Assembly (NCBI GenBank): GCA_003599745.1
Contig: QZJL01000058.1
Span: forward strand, 1 to 54,464
DNA length: 54,464 nt
Direction of reading: 5' to 3'
DNA from: Dehalococcoidia bacterium
GTDB taxonomy: Bacteria; Chloroflexota; Dehalococcoidia; Dehalococcoidales; SURF-40
The notes beneath the pieces are model-generated. The model saw nothing but the letters and a program-made list of their open reading frames with translations, was not told the DNA's origin and made no database searches. Positions 17,212 to 26,579 of the stretch are shown here, one piece after another (the stretch's first letter is position 1; each line of letters starts with the position of its first letter). The translations under genes were made by a program, and so were the position numbers.

Positions 17212-19553
17212 CAGGACTCCTTCAGGCTGACCACCGTCGCCCCATCGCCGCCCTCGCCACGGCCACCCGAGCGGAAGGATTTGACCAGGGGATGGCCGGC
17301 AAGTGTCTCGCGGACAATCTGGCGCACCACCCCGGTACCGAAGCCATGGATGATGCGTACCCCGTCAAGATTGGCGAGGGTGGCGTCATCGAGGTAGGCG
17401 CCGACCGCCAGGGCGACCTCGTCCGCCCGCCGGCCACGCAGGTCAAGTTCCATCGGCACGGTTTTGGCGGGAATCTGTGACCGCAGCCTCGCGGATGGTT
17501 TGCCTGCCGGCGCGCCACCCACCTTCGTTACGCTGTCCAGGCTGACCCGGGCGCGGGTGGCCCCGGCCTGGACTTCGACCTGGCGTTTTGTTTTATCCAC
17601 CGAGAGGATGGTGGCTTCGAGACCGATGTCACCGAGCAATACCCGGTCTCCGGTCTTAACTTCCGCTGGTGTACCGGTCTGGACGGTCGGGGGCGCCGTC
17701 TTCCTCAATCTGCCGTGCACCGAGGCCAGGGCTTCACGCGCCTGCGCCAGTCCTTCTTCAGTCTTCGTTTTCTTTAAGTCAGCCGCCGCCTGGCGGATGA
17801 GCCGCTGAAGTTCAGCGGCCTCGGCGACCACCCGGTCCCTGGCTTCGCTCAGCACCGCCGCCTCGCGCTCTTTGAGATTTTGCCGGGCGGTTTCCATCTC
17901 CAAGCCCAGCGCCTGCGCCTTGGCACTGGCATTTCCCAGGTCGTGGCGCTGGACTTCCAGGCGCTGCTTCTCCTGATTCAAATCGTTAAGCAACTCTGCC
18001 AAATCCTGGCTGGCCTTGCCCAGCAAGCCCTTTGCCAAAGCCGCGATTTGTTCTGGCAGGCCCAGACGAACGGCGGTGGCAAGGGCGTTTGAGCCGCCGG
18101 GGATGCCCAACACCAGGCGATAGGTCGGCGCCAGTGTCACCGGGTCAAAATCTAGAGACGCGTTCTGCAGGCCCGGCGTGCGGTGGGCAAAGACCTTAAG
18201 CTCGTTAAAATGCGAGGTGGCGACTACCAGCGAGCCGCGCTCAAGGAAATAGAGTAACAGCGCCCGGGCGAGCGCGGCACCTTCCTCGGGGTCGGTGCTT
18301 GAGCCAAGCTCGTCCAAAAGCACCAGGCTTTTGGCGGTCGAGTTTTTAATGATGCGGACGATGTTGCCCATGTGCCAGCTGAAGGTGGAGAGTGTGCTCT
18401 CGATGCTCTGCTCGTCACCGATGTCGGCAAAGACGCCGTCAAATACCGGGATGAGGCTGCCGCTTGAGGCGGGGATGGGCATCCCCGCCAGGGTCATCAA
18501 GGCCGTCAAGCCGATGGTTTTGAGTGCCACCGTTTTGCCGCCGGTGTTGGGGCCGGTGATGACCAGCCCGGAAAAATCGCGGCCGATCTCCACCGAGAGG
18601 GGAACAGCCTTGTCCCCGAGTAAAGGGTGGCGGGCATTAACCAGCTTCAAAACCTTCTCGGCGGTGATGGCGGCTTCTTCGGCCTTGAAGCGGGCGGCGA
18701 ACCGGGCCTTGGCCAGCGCCAGGTCAACCGCCGCCATTCTGGCGACGTGTACCGCTATTTCGTTAACGTTTGCCCCGACCTCGGTAGAGAGTACGAGGAG
18801 AATGCGTTCCACCTCGCGCTTTTCGGCAACTTCCAGCTCCCGTAGCTCGTTGCCCAGCTCGACCGTCACCAGCGGTTCGATAAAAACGGTGACACCGGTG
18901 TTGGAAACATCGTGGACGATGCCCCGGAACTCCTTTTTCATCTCCGCTTTTACGGGGACGACGTAGCGCCCGTCGCGCTCGGTGATGACCGCCTCCTGCA
19001 AAAAGCGCTGGCTGCGGCCGGACTTGACGATGGCATCGAGGCGGGCGCGCAGGCGCTCGCGCTTTACCCGCAGTTCGCGGCGCAGGCGGCCAAGCTCCGG
19101 CGAGGCTGAGTCCAGCACCTCGCCGCCCGGGGCGATGGCGGAAGCGATGTGCTCTTCGATATAAGCCAGAGGGACAATATCTTTAGCCAAATCCCATAAG
19201 AGGGGAAACCCGTCGGCACGTTTTTGCAGTCCGTCGCGGACGCGGCGGGCAATAGCCAGCGTCTCGCGGACGGCGTGCAGGGTCTGGGGCTCTAGCATCT
19301 TGCCCTTCTGCGCCATCTCCGCCGCTTCGCGGACATCGCTCGCACCGCCCAGTGAAAGCCCTGCCTCCTGGGAGAGCAGACGGCGGGCTTCAGCGGACTC
19401 TCCCAGCCACCGGGTGACGGTCTCCGCATCAGAGGATGGCACAAAGTTGAGCGCCAGTTCTTTGCTCGCGGTAAAGGCGGTAAAACCGGCGAGCAATTCT
19501 CGCACCTTGGGAAATTCCAGGATTTCGAGACTCTTGGTATCCAAAAAAACCAC
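17211..19553 (-). CDS. mutS2: endonuclease MutS2 (Smr-domain; RqcU-type)
   Basis: 780 aa with Walker A GPNTGGKT, the MutS ATPase core, a coiled-coil linker and a C-terminal Smr domain (LDLRGRRADEV...IIHGFGTGVVRQ). Confidence 0.95.
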   Translation of the reverse strand: MVFLDTKSLEILEFPKVRELLAGFTAFTASKELALNFVPSSDAETVTRWLGESAEARRLLSQEAGLSLGGASDVREAAEMAQKGKMLEPQTLHAVRETLAIARRVRDGLQKRADGFPLLWDLAKDIVPLAYIEEHIASAIAPGGEVLDSASPELGRLRRELRVKRERLRARLDAIVKSGRSQRFLQEAVITERDGRYVVPVKAEMKKEFRGIVHDVSNTGVTVFIEPLVTVELGNELRELEVAEKREVERILLVLSTEVGANVNEIAVHVARMAAVDLALAKARFAARFKAEEAAITAEKVLKLVNARHPLLGDKAVPLSVEIGRDFSGLVITGPNTGGKTVALKTIGLTALMTLAGMPIPASSGSLIPVFDGVFADIGDEQSIESTLSTFSWHMGNIVRIIKNSTAKSLVLLDELGSSTDPEEGAALARALLLYFLERGSLVVATSHFNELKVFAHRTPGLQNASLDFDPVTLAPTYRLVLGIPGGSNALATAVRLGLPEQIAALAKGLLGKASQDLAELLNDLNQEKQRLEVQRHDLGNASAKAQALGLEMETARQNLKEREAAVLSEARDRVVAEAAELQRLIRQAAADLKKTKTEEGLAQAREALASVHGRLRKTAPPTVQTGTPAEVKTGDRVLLGDIGLEATILSVDKTKRQVEVQAGATRARVSLDSVTKVGGAPAGKPSARLRSQIPAKTVPMELDLRGRRADEVALAVGAYLDDATLANLDGVRIIHGFGTGVVRQIVRETLAGHPLVKSFRSGGRGEGGDGATVVSLKES

Positions 19554-19565
19554 CCGATAAAGGGT

Positions 19566-20063
19566 CTAAAAGAGACGGAGCTTCGCCGGCGGGCGGCGGT
19601 AACCCTCATCGCGCGGCCAGCCCGAGGCCTTCGCGGTCTCGTTGGCAAGCCGGTCGCAGCGGAGATTCTCGGCGCTGGTATTATGTCCCCGTACCCAGCG
19701 GAAGGCGACTTCGTGACGCTCGCAGACTTTTAGCAGCCTTTCCCAGAGGTCGGGGTTACGGGCGGCCTCGTTCTTGTTGCGCCGCCAGCCCATTTTCTGC
19801 CAGCGTTTTGCCCAGCCTTTTGTTACGGCGTTCACCAGATAAGACGAGTCGCTGTAAAGTTCCACCCGGCACTTTTCGCCGAGCGTCTCCAGCGCGGTGA
19901 TGGCGGCTATCATCTCCATGCGGTTGTTGGTGGTATCTTTGAAGCCGCCCTTAAGCTCGCGACGCTGGCCGTCGGCGATGATGAGGGCGGCGTAGCCTCC
20001 CCGGCCGGGGTTACCCAGGCAGGCGCCGTCGGTGTAGATGGTGACCGCTTTCAATTTTTCCAT
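19566..20063 (-). CDS. rnhA: ribonuclease HI
   Basis: I trimmed the track ORF to the ATG at 20063 (MEKLKAVTIYTDGACLGNPGRGGY). The DEDD catalytic residue context is present. Confidence 0.93.
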   Translation of the reverse strand: MEKLKAVTIYTDGACLGNPGRGGYAALIIADGQRRELKGGFKDTTNNRMEMIAAITALETLGEKCRVELYSDSSYLVNAVTKGWAKRWQKMGWRRNKNEAARNPDLWERLLKVCERHEVAFRWVRGHNTSAENLRCDRLANETAKASGWPRDEGYRRPPAKLRLF

Positions 20064-20092
20064 ATCGTTAGCATTATAGCACGAAATCCTGT

Positions 20093-20122
20093 TTGCCCTC
20101 TTATCCCCCGCTTTGCTATAAT
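20093..20122 (+). promoter_or_regulatory. sigma-70-like promoter
   Basis: TTGCCC (20093..20098), an 18-nt spacer, then extended -10 TGCTATAAT (TATAAT at 20117..20122). Lies 34 nt upstream of the small ORF. Confidence 0.45.
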
Positions 20123-20155
20123 GTGCGGGTATTCTGCTAACAGCGAGAAAGAAAA

Positions 20156-20290
20156 ATGCCTGCAAAGAAAAAGGTAGAATCTAAGCTTCCCGACCTCGAG
20201 ACCTTCGTTGCCGGGGTAAACAAAAAGTCTCACGCCTACGGCAAGAAAGTCCGCTTCGGCTTCACCAAGCGCAAGCGCATCCGGGGTTAA
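20156..20290 (+). CDS. 44-aa highly basic mini-protein (not in ORF track)
   Basis: Translation is MPAKKKVESKLPDLETFVAGVNKKSHAYGKKVRFGFTKRKRIRG. It fills an otherwise empty 230-nt gap behind a good promoter. The RBS is weak. Confidence 0.35.
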   Translation: MPAKKKVESKLPDLETFVAGVNKKSHAYGKKVRFGFTKRKRIRG

Positions 20291-20296
20291 ACCCGT

Positions 20297-21277
20297 TTAG
20301 TCCGGCACAAAGGGCGAGCCTTCACGCGCGAAGTCGGGCAGGTAGCTTTCCGCCGAAGCCATTTCCTGCACCCAGCCATTGATGATGCCGAACTCTTCCA
20401 GCAGGCCAGTTGTCTCACGGTATTCCTCAAGCGAAATCCGCCTGGAAAGCAAAGGGTGGCTTCGGGCTTGATTCGCCGGGTGATACTGCGACATCAGGCT
20501 CACGGTGACACCGGACGAGACTTCCCGCGCCAGCCACTTGAGCGAACTCCGGCTGCCCGCCAGACCGCCGGGCAGGACCAGGTGGCGCACGATAAGGCCA
20601 CGCTCGGCAACGCCCTCATCATCAACCTTGAGATTCCCAACCTGGCGGAACATCTCCCTGATGGCGGCGCGGGCATTGGCGGGGTATTCCGGGGCTTGCG
20701 ACAGCTTGCGTCCCCAAACTTCATCGGCATACCTGAGGTCGGGGAGATAGATGTCGATGATGCCGTCCAGTTCTTTCAGAGTTGCCACCGAGTCGTAGCC
20801 GCTACTGTTATAGACCAGAGGCAGAGTCAGTCCGAGTGATGCTGCTTCGAGCACCACCCGCACCATCTGGGGGACGAAGTGCGAGGGGGAGACAAAGTTT
20901 ATGTTGTGGCATCCCTGTTCCTGCAGCCAGAGCAGCTTTTCGGCAAGAGCACTAAAACTCGTCTCACCGGATTTCAGAACTGCCCTTTCCTGGCTTATCT
21001 GGTAGTTCTGGCAGTAGATGCAGGCCATGTTGCAGCCGGCAAAAAATACCGTTCCCGAACCGCCGCTACCCGACAGTGCCGGCTCCTCGCCGAAGTGGGC
21101 GCAAACCGAAGCCACCGATGGCAGATAGCCTGCCCGGCACCAGCCCTTTTCGCCCGCCAGGCGGTTAGTGCCGCATTTTCGGGGGCAGAGGTCGCAGGCG
21201 GCCAGACGGGCTTTGAGACGTTCAAGGCGTTGCGCCAGTTCGCCCGAGCGGTAAAGTTCAAGGTAACCGGCGGTCAT
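20297..21277 (-). CDS. radical SAM protein (PflX / COG1313-like)
   Basis: Contains CDLCPRKCGTNRLAGEKGWC followed by FFAGCNMACIYCQN (CxxxCxxC). I trimmed the ORF to the ATG at 21277 so it does not overlap ubiX. Confidence 0.85.
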   Translation of the reverse strand: MTAGYLELYRSGELAQRLERLKARLAACDLCPRKCGTNRLAGEKGWCRAGYLPSVASVCAHFGEEPALSGSGGSGTVFFAGCNMACIYCQNYQISQERAVLKSGETSFSALAEKLLWLQEQGCHNINFVSPSHFVPQMVRVVLEAASLGLTLPLVYNSSGYDSVATLKELDGIIDIYLPDLRYADEVWGRKLSQAPEYPANARAAIREMFRQVGNLKVDDEGVAERGLIVRHLVLPGGLAGSRSSLKWLAREVSSGVTVSLMSQYHPANQARSHPLLSRRISLEEYRETTGLLEEFGIINGWVQEMASAESYLPDFAREGSPFVPD

Positions 21278-21278
21278 C

Positions 21279-21845
21279 CTAACCCTCGGACATGCCCTCC
21301 CAGCGCCGGTAGCACCGGTGCTCAATGCCGAACTGCTCGAGGACCTTCCCTACCGTCTGGTCAACGATGTCGCTAACTGTACTGGGGGAATGGTAGAAGG
21401 CTGGCATTGGCGGCAGAATTACCGCCCCGATTTCGCTGGCCTGCGCCATCAGCCGGAGATGCCCCAGGTGGAGGGGCGTTTCCCGTACTACCAGCACGAG
21501 CTTACGCCTTTCCTTCAAGGTTACGTCGGCAGCGCGTACCATCAGGTTGTGGGCGTAAGAGTTCGCCACCGCCGAGAGTGTCTTGATGGAGCAGGGGATG
21601 ATGACCATGCCGCTGGTCTCAAACGAGCCGGAGGCGATGCGGGCGGCGATGTCTTCGCTCCCGTAATGAAAGCGGGCGAGCGCTTCGATGCGGCGGCGCG
21701 TCCAGTCGGTCTCCGCCCTGATGGTGGCGGCTGCCGCCTCGCTGATGACCAGGTGTGTCTCAATCCCTTTCTCCTTAAGCACCTGGAGCAGCCGGATGCC
21801 ATAGATAGCACCGCTCGCGCCGGAAATCCCTATGACCAGTTTCAA
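21279..21845 (-). CDS. ubiX: flavin prenyltransferase UbiX
   Basis: Starts MKLVIGISGASGAIYGIRLLQ and contains the ..IIPCSIKTL.. motifs. Confidence 0.92.
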   Translation of the reverse strand: MKLVIGISGASGAIYGIRLLQVLKEKGIETHLVISEAAAATIRAETDWTRRRIEALARFHYGSEDIAARIASGSFETSGMVIIPCSIKTLSAVANSYAHNLMVRAADVTLKERRKLVLVVRETPLHLGHLRLMAQASEIGAVILPPMPAFYHSPSTVSDIVDQTVGKVLEQFGIEHRCYRRWEGMSEG

Positions 21846-21910
21846 TTCAATCTCCTTGATGAGCCAGCCATAGACATGATATCACAATTGGCGGCGATTA
21901 CGCCTACCGG

Positions 21911-23020
21911 CTACTCAGCCTTAATCTCCTCGACCTCGCACACCGCCCCCGCAGTTTCCGCAGTAAAAAATTTTCTCCGGAAATAGAGCGCCACATTCAC
22001 CAGGCTGATTAAGACCGGCACCTCGACCAGCGGGCCGATTACGGCGGCGAACGCCTGCCCCGAGCCGATGCCGAAGACCGCCACCGCCACGGCAATCGCC
22101 AGCTCGAAGTTGTTGCTGGCGGCGGTGAAAGCGATGCTGGCCGTCCGGGGATAGTTCGCGCCGATTCTCTTTCCCATGTAAAAAGAGACCATGAACATGA
22201 TAACGAAGTACAGGAGCAGCGGGACGGCGATGCGCACCACGTCCAGTGGTATCTGCACGATCAGCTCACCCTTCAGTGAGAACATCACCACGATGGTAAA
22301 GAGCAGGGCGGCCAGGGTGACGGGGCTAATCCTGGGGATGAACTTTGTCTCATACCACTGCCGGCCTCGGGAACGGATAAGCCAGAAGCGTGTGAGCATG
22401 CCCCCGAAGAAAGGGATGCCAAGATAGATGAGCACGCTCCGGGCTATTTCGCCGATGGTGACATGGACGACGGAGCCTTCAAGGCCGAACCAGCCGGGCA
22501 GTATGGTGATGAAGATATAGGCGTAAACTGAAAAAAAGACAATCTGGAAAATGGAGTTGAACGCCACCAGTCCGGCGGCATATTCGTTATCGCCCCGGCA
22601 GAGCTGATTCCAGACGATGACCATGGCGATGCAGCGCGCCAGGCCTATCATAATCAGGCCGACCATGTATTCCGGGTAAGGCCAGATGAAACCGAGAAAC
22701 AAAATAGCCAGCAGGAACATGAGAATTGGCCCGATGACCCAGTTCTGCACCAGCGACAGTCCCAGCACCTTCCAATCGCGGAAAACACTGCCAAGTTCCT
22801 CATATTTAACTTTCGCCAGCGGCGGGTACATCATCAGGATGAGGCCGATGGCGATAGGGATGGAAGTGGTGCCCACCGAAAAATAGTCAATGGCGTCGGC
22901 GACGGCGGGTATAAAATAACCCAGCCCCACCCCGAAACCCATCGCCAGAAAAATCCAGAGAGTAAGAAAACGGTCGAGGAAGGATAGCCGTCCCGCTACG
23001 CTTTCTGGTGCTTTACTCAT
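21911..23020 (-). CDS. acr3: ACR3 family arsenite efflux transporter
   Basis: 369-aa 10-TM protein containing GLARCIAMV (the conserved Acr3 Cys). Located in the ars cluster. Confidence 0.9.
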   Translation of the reverse strand: MSKAPESVAGRLSFLDRFLTLWIFLAMGFGVGLGYFIPAVADAIDYFSVGTTSIPIAIGLILMMYPPLAKVKYEELGSVFRDWKVLGLSLVQNWVIGPILMFLLAILFLGFIWPYPEYMVGLIMIGLARCIAMVIVWNQLCRGDNEYAAGLVAFNSIFQIVFFSVYAYIFITILPGWFGLEGSVVHVTIGEIARSVLIYLGIPFFGGMLTRFWLIRSRGRQWYETKFIPRISPVTLAALLFTIVVMFSLKGELIVQIPLDVVRIAVPLLLYFVIMFMVSFYMGKRIGANYPRTASIAFTAASNNFELAIAVAVAVFGIGSGQAFAAVIGPLVEVPVLISLVNVALYFRRKFFTAETAGAVCEVEEIKAE

Positions 23021-23040
23021 ACTCCTGTTTCCTTTCTGAT

Positions 23041-23250
23041 TTACTTGTTGGGCTGGATAAACCCTTCTACGGGACTAGCGGCATCGAGGTGGGACTTGAG
23101 CCTGCCCTGCTGCGCGCGGATGATTCGCTCATAGACACACTTTCTCAGAAACCGGAGCGCCTCTTTTTCGTCGCCGTCGGTGACAATCCTTTCCAACTCC
23201 ATCAGATCTTGTTCGTCCAGGGAGACGGCGGCTTTTCTAATCTCCAGCAT
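23041..23250 (-). CDS. hypothetical 69-aa protein in the ars operon
   Basis: ORF wedged between arsC and acr3, overlapping the arsC 3' end by 14 nt. Charged and helical. Confidence 0.45.
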   Translation of the reverse strand: MLEIRKAAVSLDEQDLMELERIVTDGDEKEALRFLRKCVYERIIRAQQGRLKSHLDAASPVEGFIQPNK

Positions 23251-23659
23251 TTTCAGCCTCCGGGGCTATCTCCTCAATCAATCTCATCACTCTTTTCTTG
23301 ACCTCATCCCTGATTTTTCTGACCGCCTCAATGGGCTTATCGTGAGGGTCGGCGAGCGCCCAGTCCTCGGTCTCGATGAAGCTCGCCGGGCAGACCGCCT
23401 GCGCGTCAGCGCCGCAGCCCATCGTTATCATCCGGCTAGCCTTCTCCACCATATCCATGGTGAGTGCCCTGGGTTTGTGGCTGCTGATGTCTATGCCAAC
23501 CTCGCGCATCGCCTCGACAACCACCGGATTCACCTCTTCGGCGGGTTGTGTGCCTGCGGAAATTGCCTGCGCCTCTCCCTTTGCCAGCTGGTTGAAGAAA
23601 GCCTCGGCCATCTGGCTGCGGCCCGAGTTGTGTACGCAAACGAAGAGGATGCTTTTCAC
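23237..23659 (-). CDS. arsC: arsenate reductase (LMW-PTPase / thioredoxin-coupled type)
   Basis: Starts MKSILFVCVHNSGRSQMAEAFF (CX5R P-loop), with downstream Cys residues. Confidence 0.9.
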   Translation of the reverse strand: MKSILFVCVHNSGRSQMAEAFFNQLAKGEAQAISAGTQPAEEVNPVVVEAMREVGIDISSHKPRALTMDMVEKASRMITMGCGADAQAVCPASFIETEDWALADPHDKPIEAVRKIRDEVKKRVMRLIEEIAPEAENAGD

Positions 23660-24207
23660 GACGATGCCTCCTTTTTTTGACCGCCGTCACGGACTTCGAA
23701 ATGCCGGTTTTTCAGGTAACGTTCCATTAAATACCCGATGCCGATGAAGAGGGGCAGAGACACCAGCGTGCGCACCAGCGAGAATTCGATACCCAGGTAG
23801 CCAATTTCAATACCGAGCATTGGAATCTTTATGGAAGAGAAAGCTCCCAGGTAAATAAAGATATTCCTGATGCCGGCTCCTTTTCGATAAAGCAGGTAGG
23901 CCACCGGGAAGGCCCCGTACAGCGGTCCTGCCTGGAGCATGGCAAGCAGCACCACCAGTGCGATGCCCTTGATGCCGGACCCCCGCCCGATGTGTTTCTG
24001 AATCCTTTCTTTAGGCACCCAGACATCAAAAAGCCCGACGATGATAAAAAGGAAAGGCACGAAGGTGACCATTTCGACAAGAGACTGTGTGAAGCTGGTA
24101 AAGATGGTCTTACCGGGATTGAAGCCAAGTACAAAAGACAGGACGGTAAGGACGGCGTAAGCCGCCACCCAGATGTAGCCACGGTGCTTTGAGAAAAACT
24201 TTTTCAC
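23656..24207 (-). CDS. permease, C-terminal-half-like subunit of a split DUF318-type permease
   Basis: Five TM helices. ATGA-type 4-nt overlaps with both neighbouring genes. Confidence 0.7.
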   Translation of the reverse strand: MKKFFSKHRGYIWVAAYAVLTVLSFVLGFNPGKTIFTSFTQSLVEMVTFVPFLFIIVGLFDVWVPKERIQKHIGRGSGIKGIALVVLLAMLQAGPLYGAFPVAYLLYRKGAGIRNIFIYLGAFSSIKIPMLGIEIGYLGIEFSLVRTLVSLPLFIGIGYLMERYLKNRHFEVRDGGQKKEASS

Positions 24208-24698
24208 GACAATAAACCCAGTATCAGGCCCACCACCAATCCGATAATCAGCGCGGCTACGAAATTCATGGCATTCCGGGTGATGGCCACGGCTTTACCA
24301 AAATACTTAATCTCCAGCGGCAACGTGATCATCCCCACCATCATCAAGGTGGTCATAAATACCGCGACCACCGCGTAGGAAGCGCCCTGCTGGATAAGAC
24401 CGGCGGCAATCGGGTAGGAGATGAAACCGGGAATCAACGTGATAGAACCGACCAGCGCCGCTATCGCGAAGCCAAGTACTCCTGATTTTGCGCCCAGGTA
24501 TTGACTGATGACGTTTGGAGGAATGAAATACAGTACGACACTGATTAAAATCAGGATATTCAAAAAAGGGAGCAGCACATTCCGGAACATCTTCCAGCCT
24601 CTTTTGAATCCCTCCAGCGTCTTTTTTCTGTCGAGGGCGAAAGATAACCCCGACAGGATAGCGCTAAGTGTTATGAAAATGACGGCATTAGTACTCAA
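24204..24698 (-). CDS. permease, N-terminal-half-like subunit of a split DUF318-type permease
   Basis: Four to five TM helices. Overlaps the following gene by 4 nt. Confidence 0.7.
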   Translation of the reverse strand: MSTNAVIFITLSAILSGLSFALDRKKTLEGFKRGWKMFRNVLLPFLNILILISVVLYFIPPNVISQYLGAKSGVLGFAIAALVGSITLIPGFISYPIAAGLIQQGASYAVVAVFMTTLMMVGMITLPLEIKYFGKAVAITRNAMNFVAALIIGLVVGLILGLLS

Positions 24699-24717
24699 AA
24701 CTTAATTCAGACCCCCC

Positions 24718-24966
24718 CTATTTATTGGTCAGGGCCGTCGTGATGAAAGTGGTTACCTCTGCCTTCGAGGGCACTCTGCCGGATACCACCAGTTTCTCGT
24801 CAATCACCAGTCCCGGCGTAGTGAGAATGGGATACTCCATTATCTTCTTGATATCCTTGACATCTTCGATTTCAGCCGTGATGTCAAGCTCCTTGACCGT
24901 TTCCCTGACAGTCTTTTCCAGAGCCTGGCACCTGGCACATCCGGTTCCAAGAATTTTGATTTTCAT
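24718..24966 (-). CDS. thioredoxin-fold redox-active disulfide protein
   Basis: Starts MKIKILGTGCARCQALEKTV (CxxC), 82 aa. This type is commonly found next to DUF318 permeases. Confidence 0.85.
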   Translation of the reverse strand: MKIKILGTGCARCQALEKTVRETVKELDITAEIEDVKDIKKIMEYPILTTPGLVIDEKLVVSGRVPSKAEVTTFITTALTNK

Positions 24967-24991
24967 GTTTTATCCCCCTTTGGTTACTCTC

Positions 24992-26026
24992 TCAGGCTAT
25001 CAAACCGAAGACGTAGCCAGTGGTAGTCGCCATGACCACTACCAGGGCAACGTAGGTGAGCATCTTCTTCGTCCCCATAACGTTGCGGATAACCAGCATG
25101 CTGGGTAACGAGAGGGCTGGCCCTGCTAAAAGCAACGCCAACGCCGGCCCCTTGCCCATACCGAGGTCCATGAAAGCTCTAATGATGGGCACTTCGGTTA
25201 GGGTGGCAAAGTACATCAGGGCACCGGCGAACGAGGCGATAAAACTCGCCGGCAGGCTGTTACCGCCAACATATCGCGTTACGATTGATTGAGGAATGAC
25301 CACCGTCAGAATACCGGCGATAAAGACACCCACCAGCAGCCAGGGGATAATCAGGCGGGTAAAATGCAGCGTCTCTTTCAACCACCGCACAATCTCACCT
25401 TTTGTAAACCAGCGCCACAGGATTACAGCTGCCGCCGCCAGGAAGATGACCATTACAATCCAGTTCTTAGAGGCGGCGAAGACGAGCACGCCCACCAGAG
25501 ACCCGATAAAAAGAACCTGTTGCCAGATGCTCTTACCAGCCGGGTCGCTGGCCAGCATGGCAAACGCCTGCGCGTCAGCCTGGGACTTTTCTTTGCGGTA
25601 TATGAAGGCCATAATCAGGCCGATGATTACCGAAAAGGCAATCGCACCAATCGCTCTGGCGAAGCCAATATCAAAACCAAGCAATTTAGCCGAATAGACA
25701 ATCGCCAGGACGTTAATGGCCGGGCCTGAGAAAAGGAAGGCGATAGCCGGGCCCAGGCCAGCCCCCTTTTTATAGATACCCGCAAACAGGGGTAACACCG
25801 TGCAGGAGCAAACTGCCAGTACCGCACCCGAAACGGAGGCCACGCCATATGAAACCGGCTTCTTGGTCTGCGGGCCGAAATACCTGAGAACGGCAGCCTG
25901 CGAAACGAATGCCGCAATCGCTCCGGCGATGAACAGCGCCGGCACCAGGCAGGTTATAACATGAGCGGACAGGTATTCTGTCAAACCGTTGATTCCGCCC
26001 CGAAAAAGACTGGCAATTGTCTCCAT
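24992..26026 (-). CDS. DUF318 family permease (ArsP-like)
   Basis: 344-aa polytopic protein with the AVCSCTVLPLF vicinal-Cys motif. Confidence 0.85.
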   Translation of the reverse strand: METIASLFRGGINGLTEYLSAHVITCLVPALFIAGAIAAFVSQAAVLRYFGPQTKKPVSYGVASVSGAVLAVCSCTVLPLFAGIYKKGAGLGPAIAFLFSGPAINVLAIVYSAKLLGFDIGFARAIGAIAFSVIIGLIMAFIYRKEKSQADAQAFAMLASDPAGKSIWQQVLFIGSLVGVLVFAASKNWIVMVIFLAAAAVILWRWFTKGEIVRWLKETLHFTRLIIPWLLVGVFIAGILTVVIPQSIVTRYVGGNSLPASFIASFAGALMYFATLTEVPIIRAFMDLGMGKGPALALLLAGPALSLPSMLVIRNVMGTKKMLTYVALVVVMATTTGYVFGLIA

Positions 26027-26054
26027 GGTTAACTCTTACCTGCTATGCAGACTG

Positions 26055-26435
26055 CTAAGCTTCGGAGGATAAGCCAATCGTGCATATTTTCCCGGCACAA
26101 CTCGAGCCCACGCGCTCGGCCTCCTGGAGCCGCTCTTTGTCAATGGCAGCAAGCTTGTTGTCCTTCAGCGCTTCTTTTGCGGCTTCAATCAGTCGAATCT
26201 GGTAGTCCTTGAGACCATCGCTATCTATCGAATAGTTTGTCCAGAGCCCTTCCCTTCTCATTTTAAGAAAACCCGCGTCGCTCAGGATTTTCAGGTTCCG
26301 CGAGGCCCTGGTCTGAGAAATCCCGAGTGCCTGCATCACCTCGCAGACACAAGCCTCCCGTTCCAGAAGCAGGTTCAGAATACGGAGACGGGTCTCGTCG
26401 GATAGGGCTTTAGCGGCCTTAATCAATTCTTTCAC
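26055..26435 (-). CDS. arsR: ArsR/SmtB family metalloregulator
   Basis: Contains LSDETRLRILNLLLEREACVCEV (wHTH with a CVC metal site). The start is uncertain. I prefer the GTG at 26435, because 26441..26460 upstream is AT-rich and palindromic (ATATAA-CC-TTATAT and ATGCGCAT), like an operator. The track uses 26480. Confidence 0.8.
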   Translation of the reverse strand: MKELIKAAKALSDETRLRILNLLLEREACVCEVMQALGISQTRASRNLKILSDAGFLKMRREGLWTNYSIDSDGLKDYQIRLIEAAKEALKDNKLAAIDKERLQEAERVGSSCAGKICTIGLSSEA

Positions 26436-26579
26436 GGCAAATATAACCTTATATGCGCATCTATGCTTATAGTTTAGCACCGGGTGAGCGCAATGTCAAA
26501 AGAGCGGGGATGCAATCCCGGGGGAAAATATCTATAATGGTTTTTGTAGGCAGCAACACTAAAACCGGCAGAGGATAAC

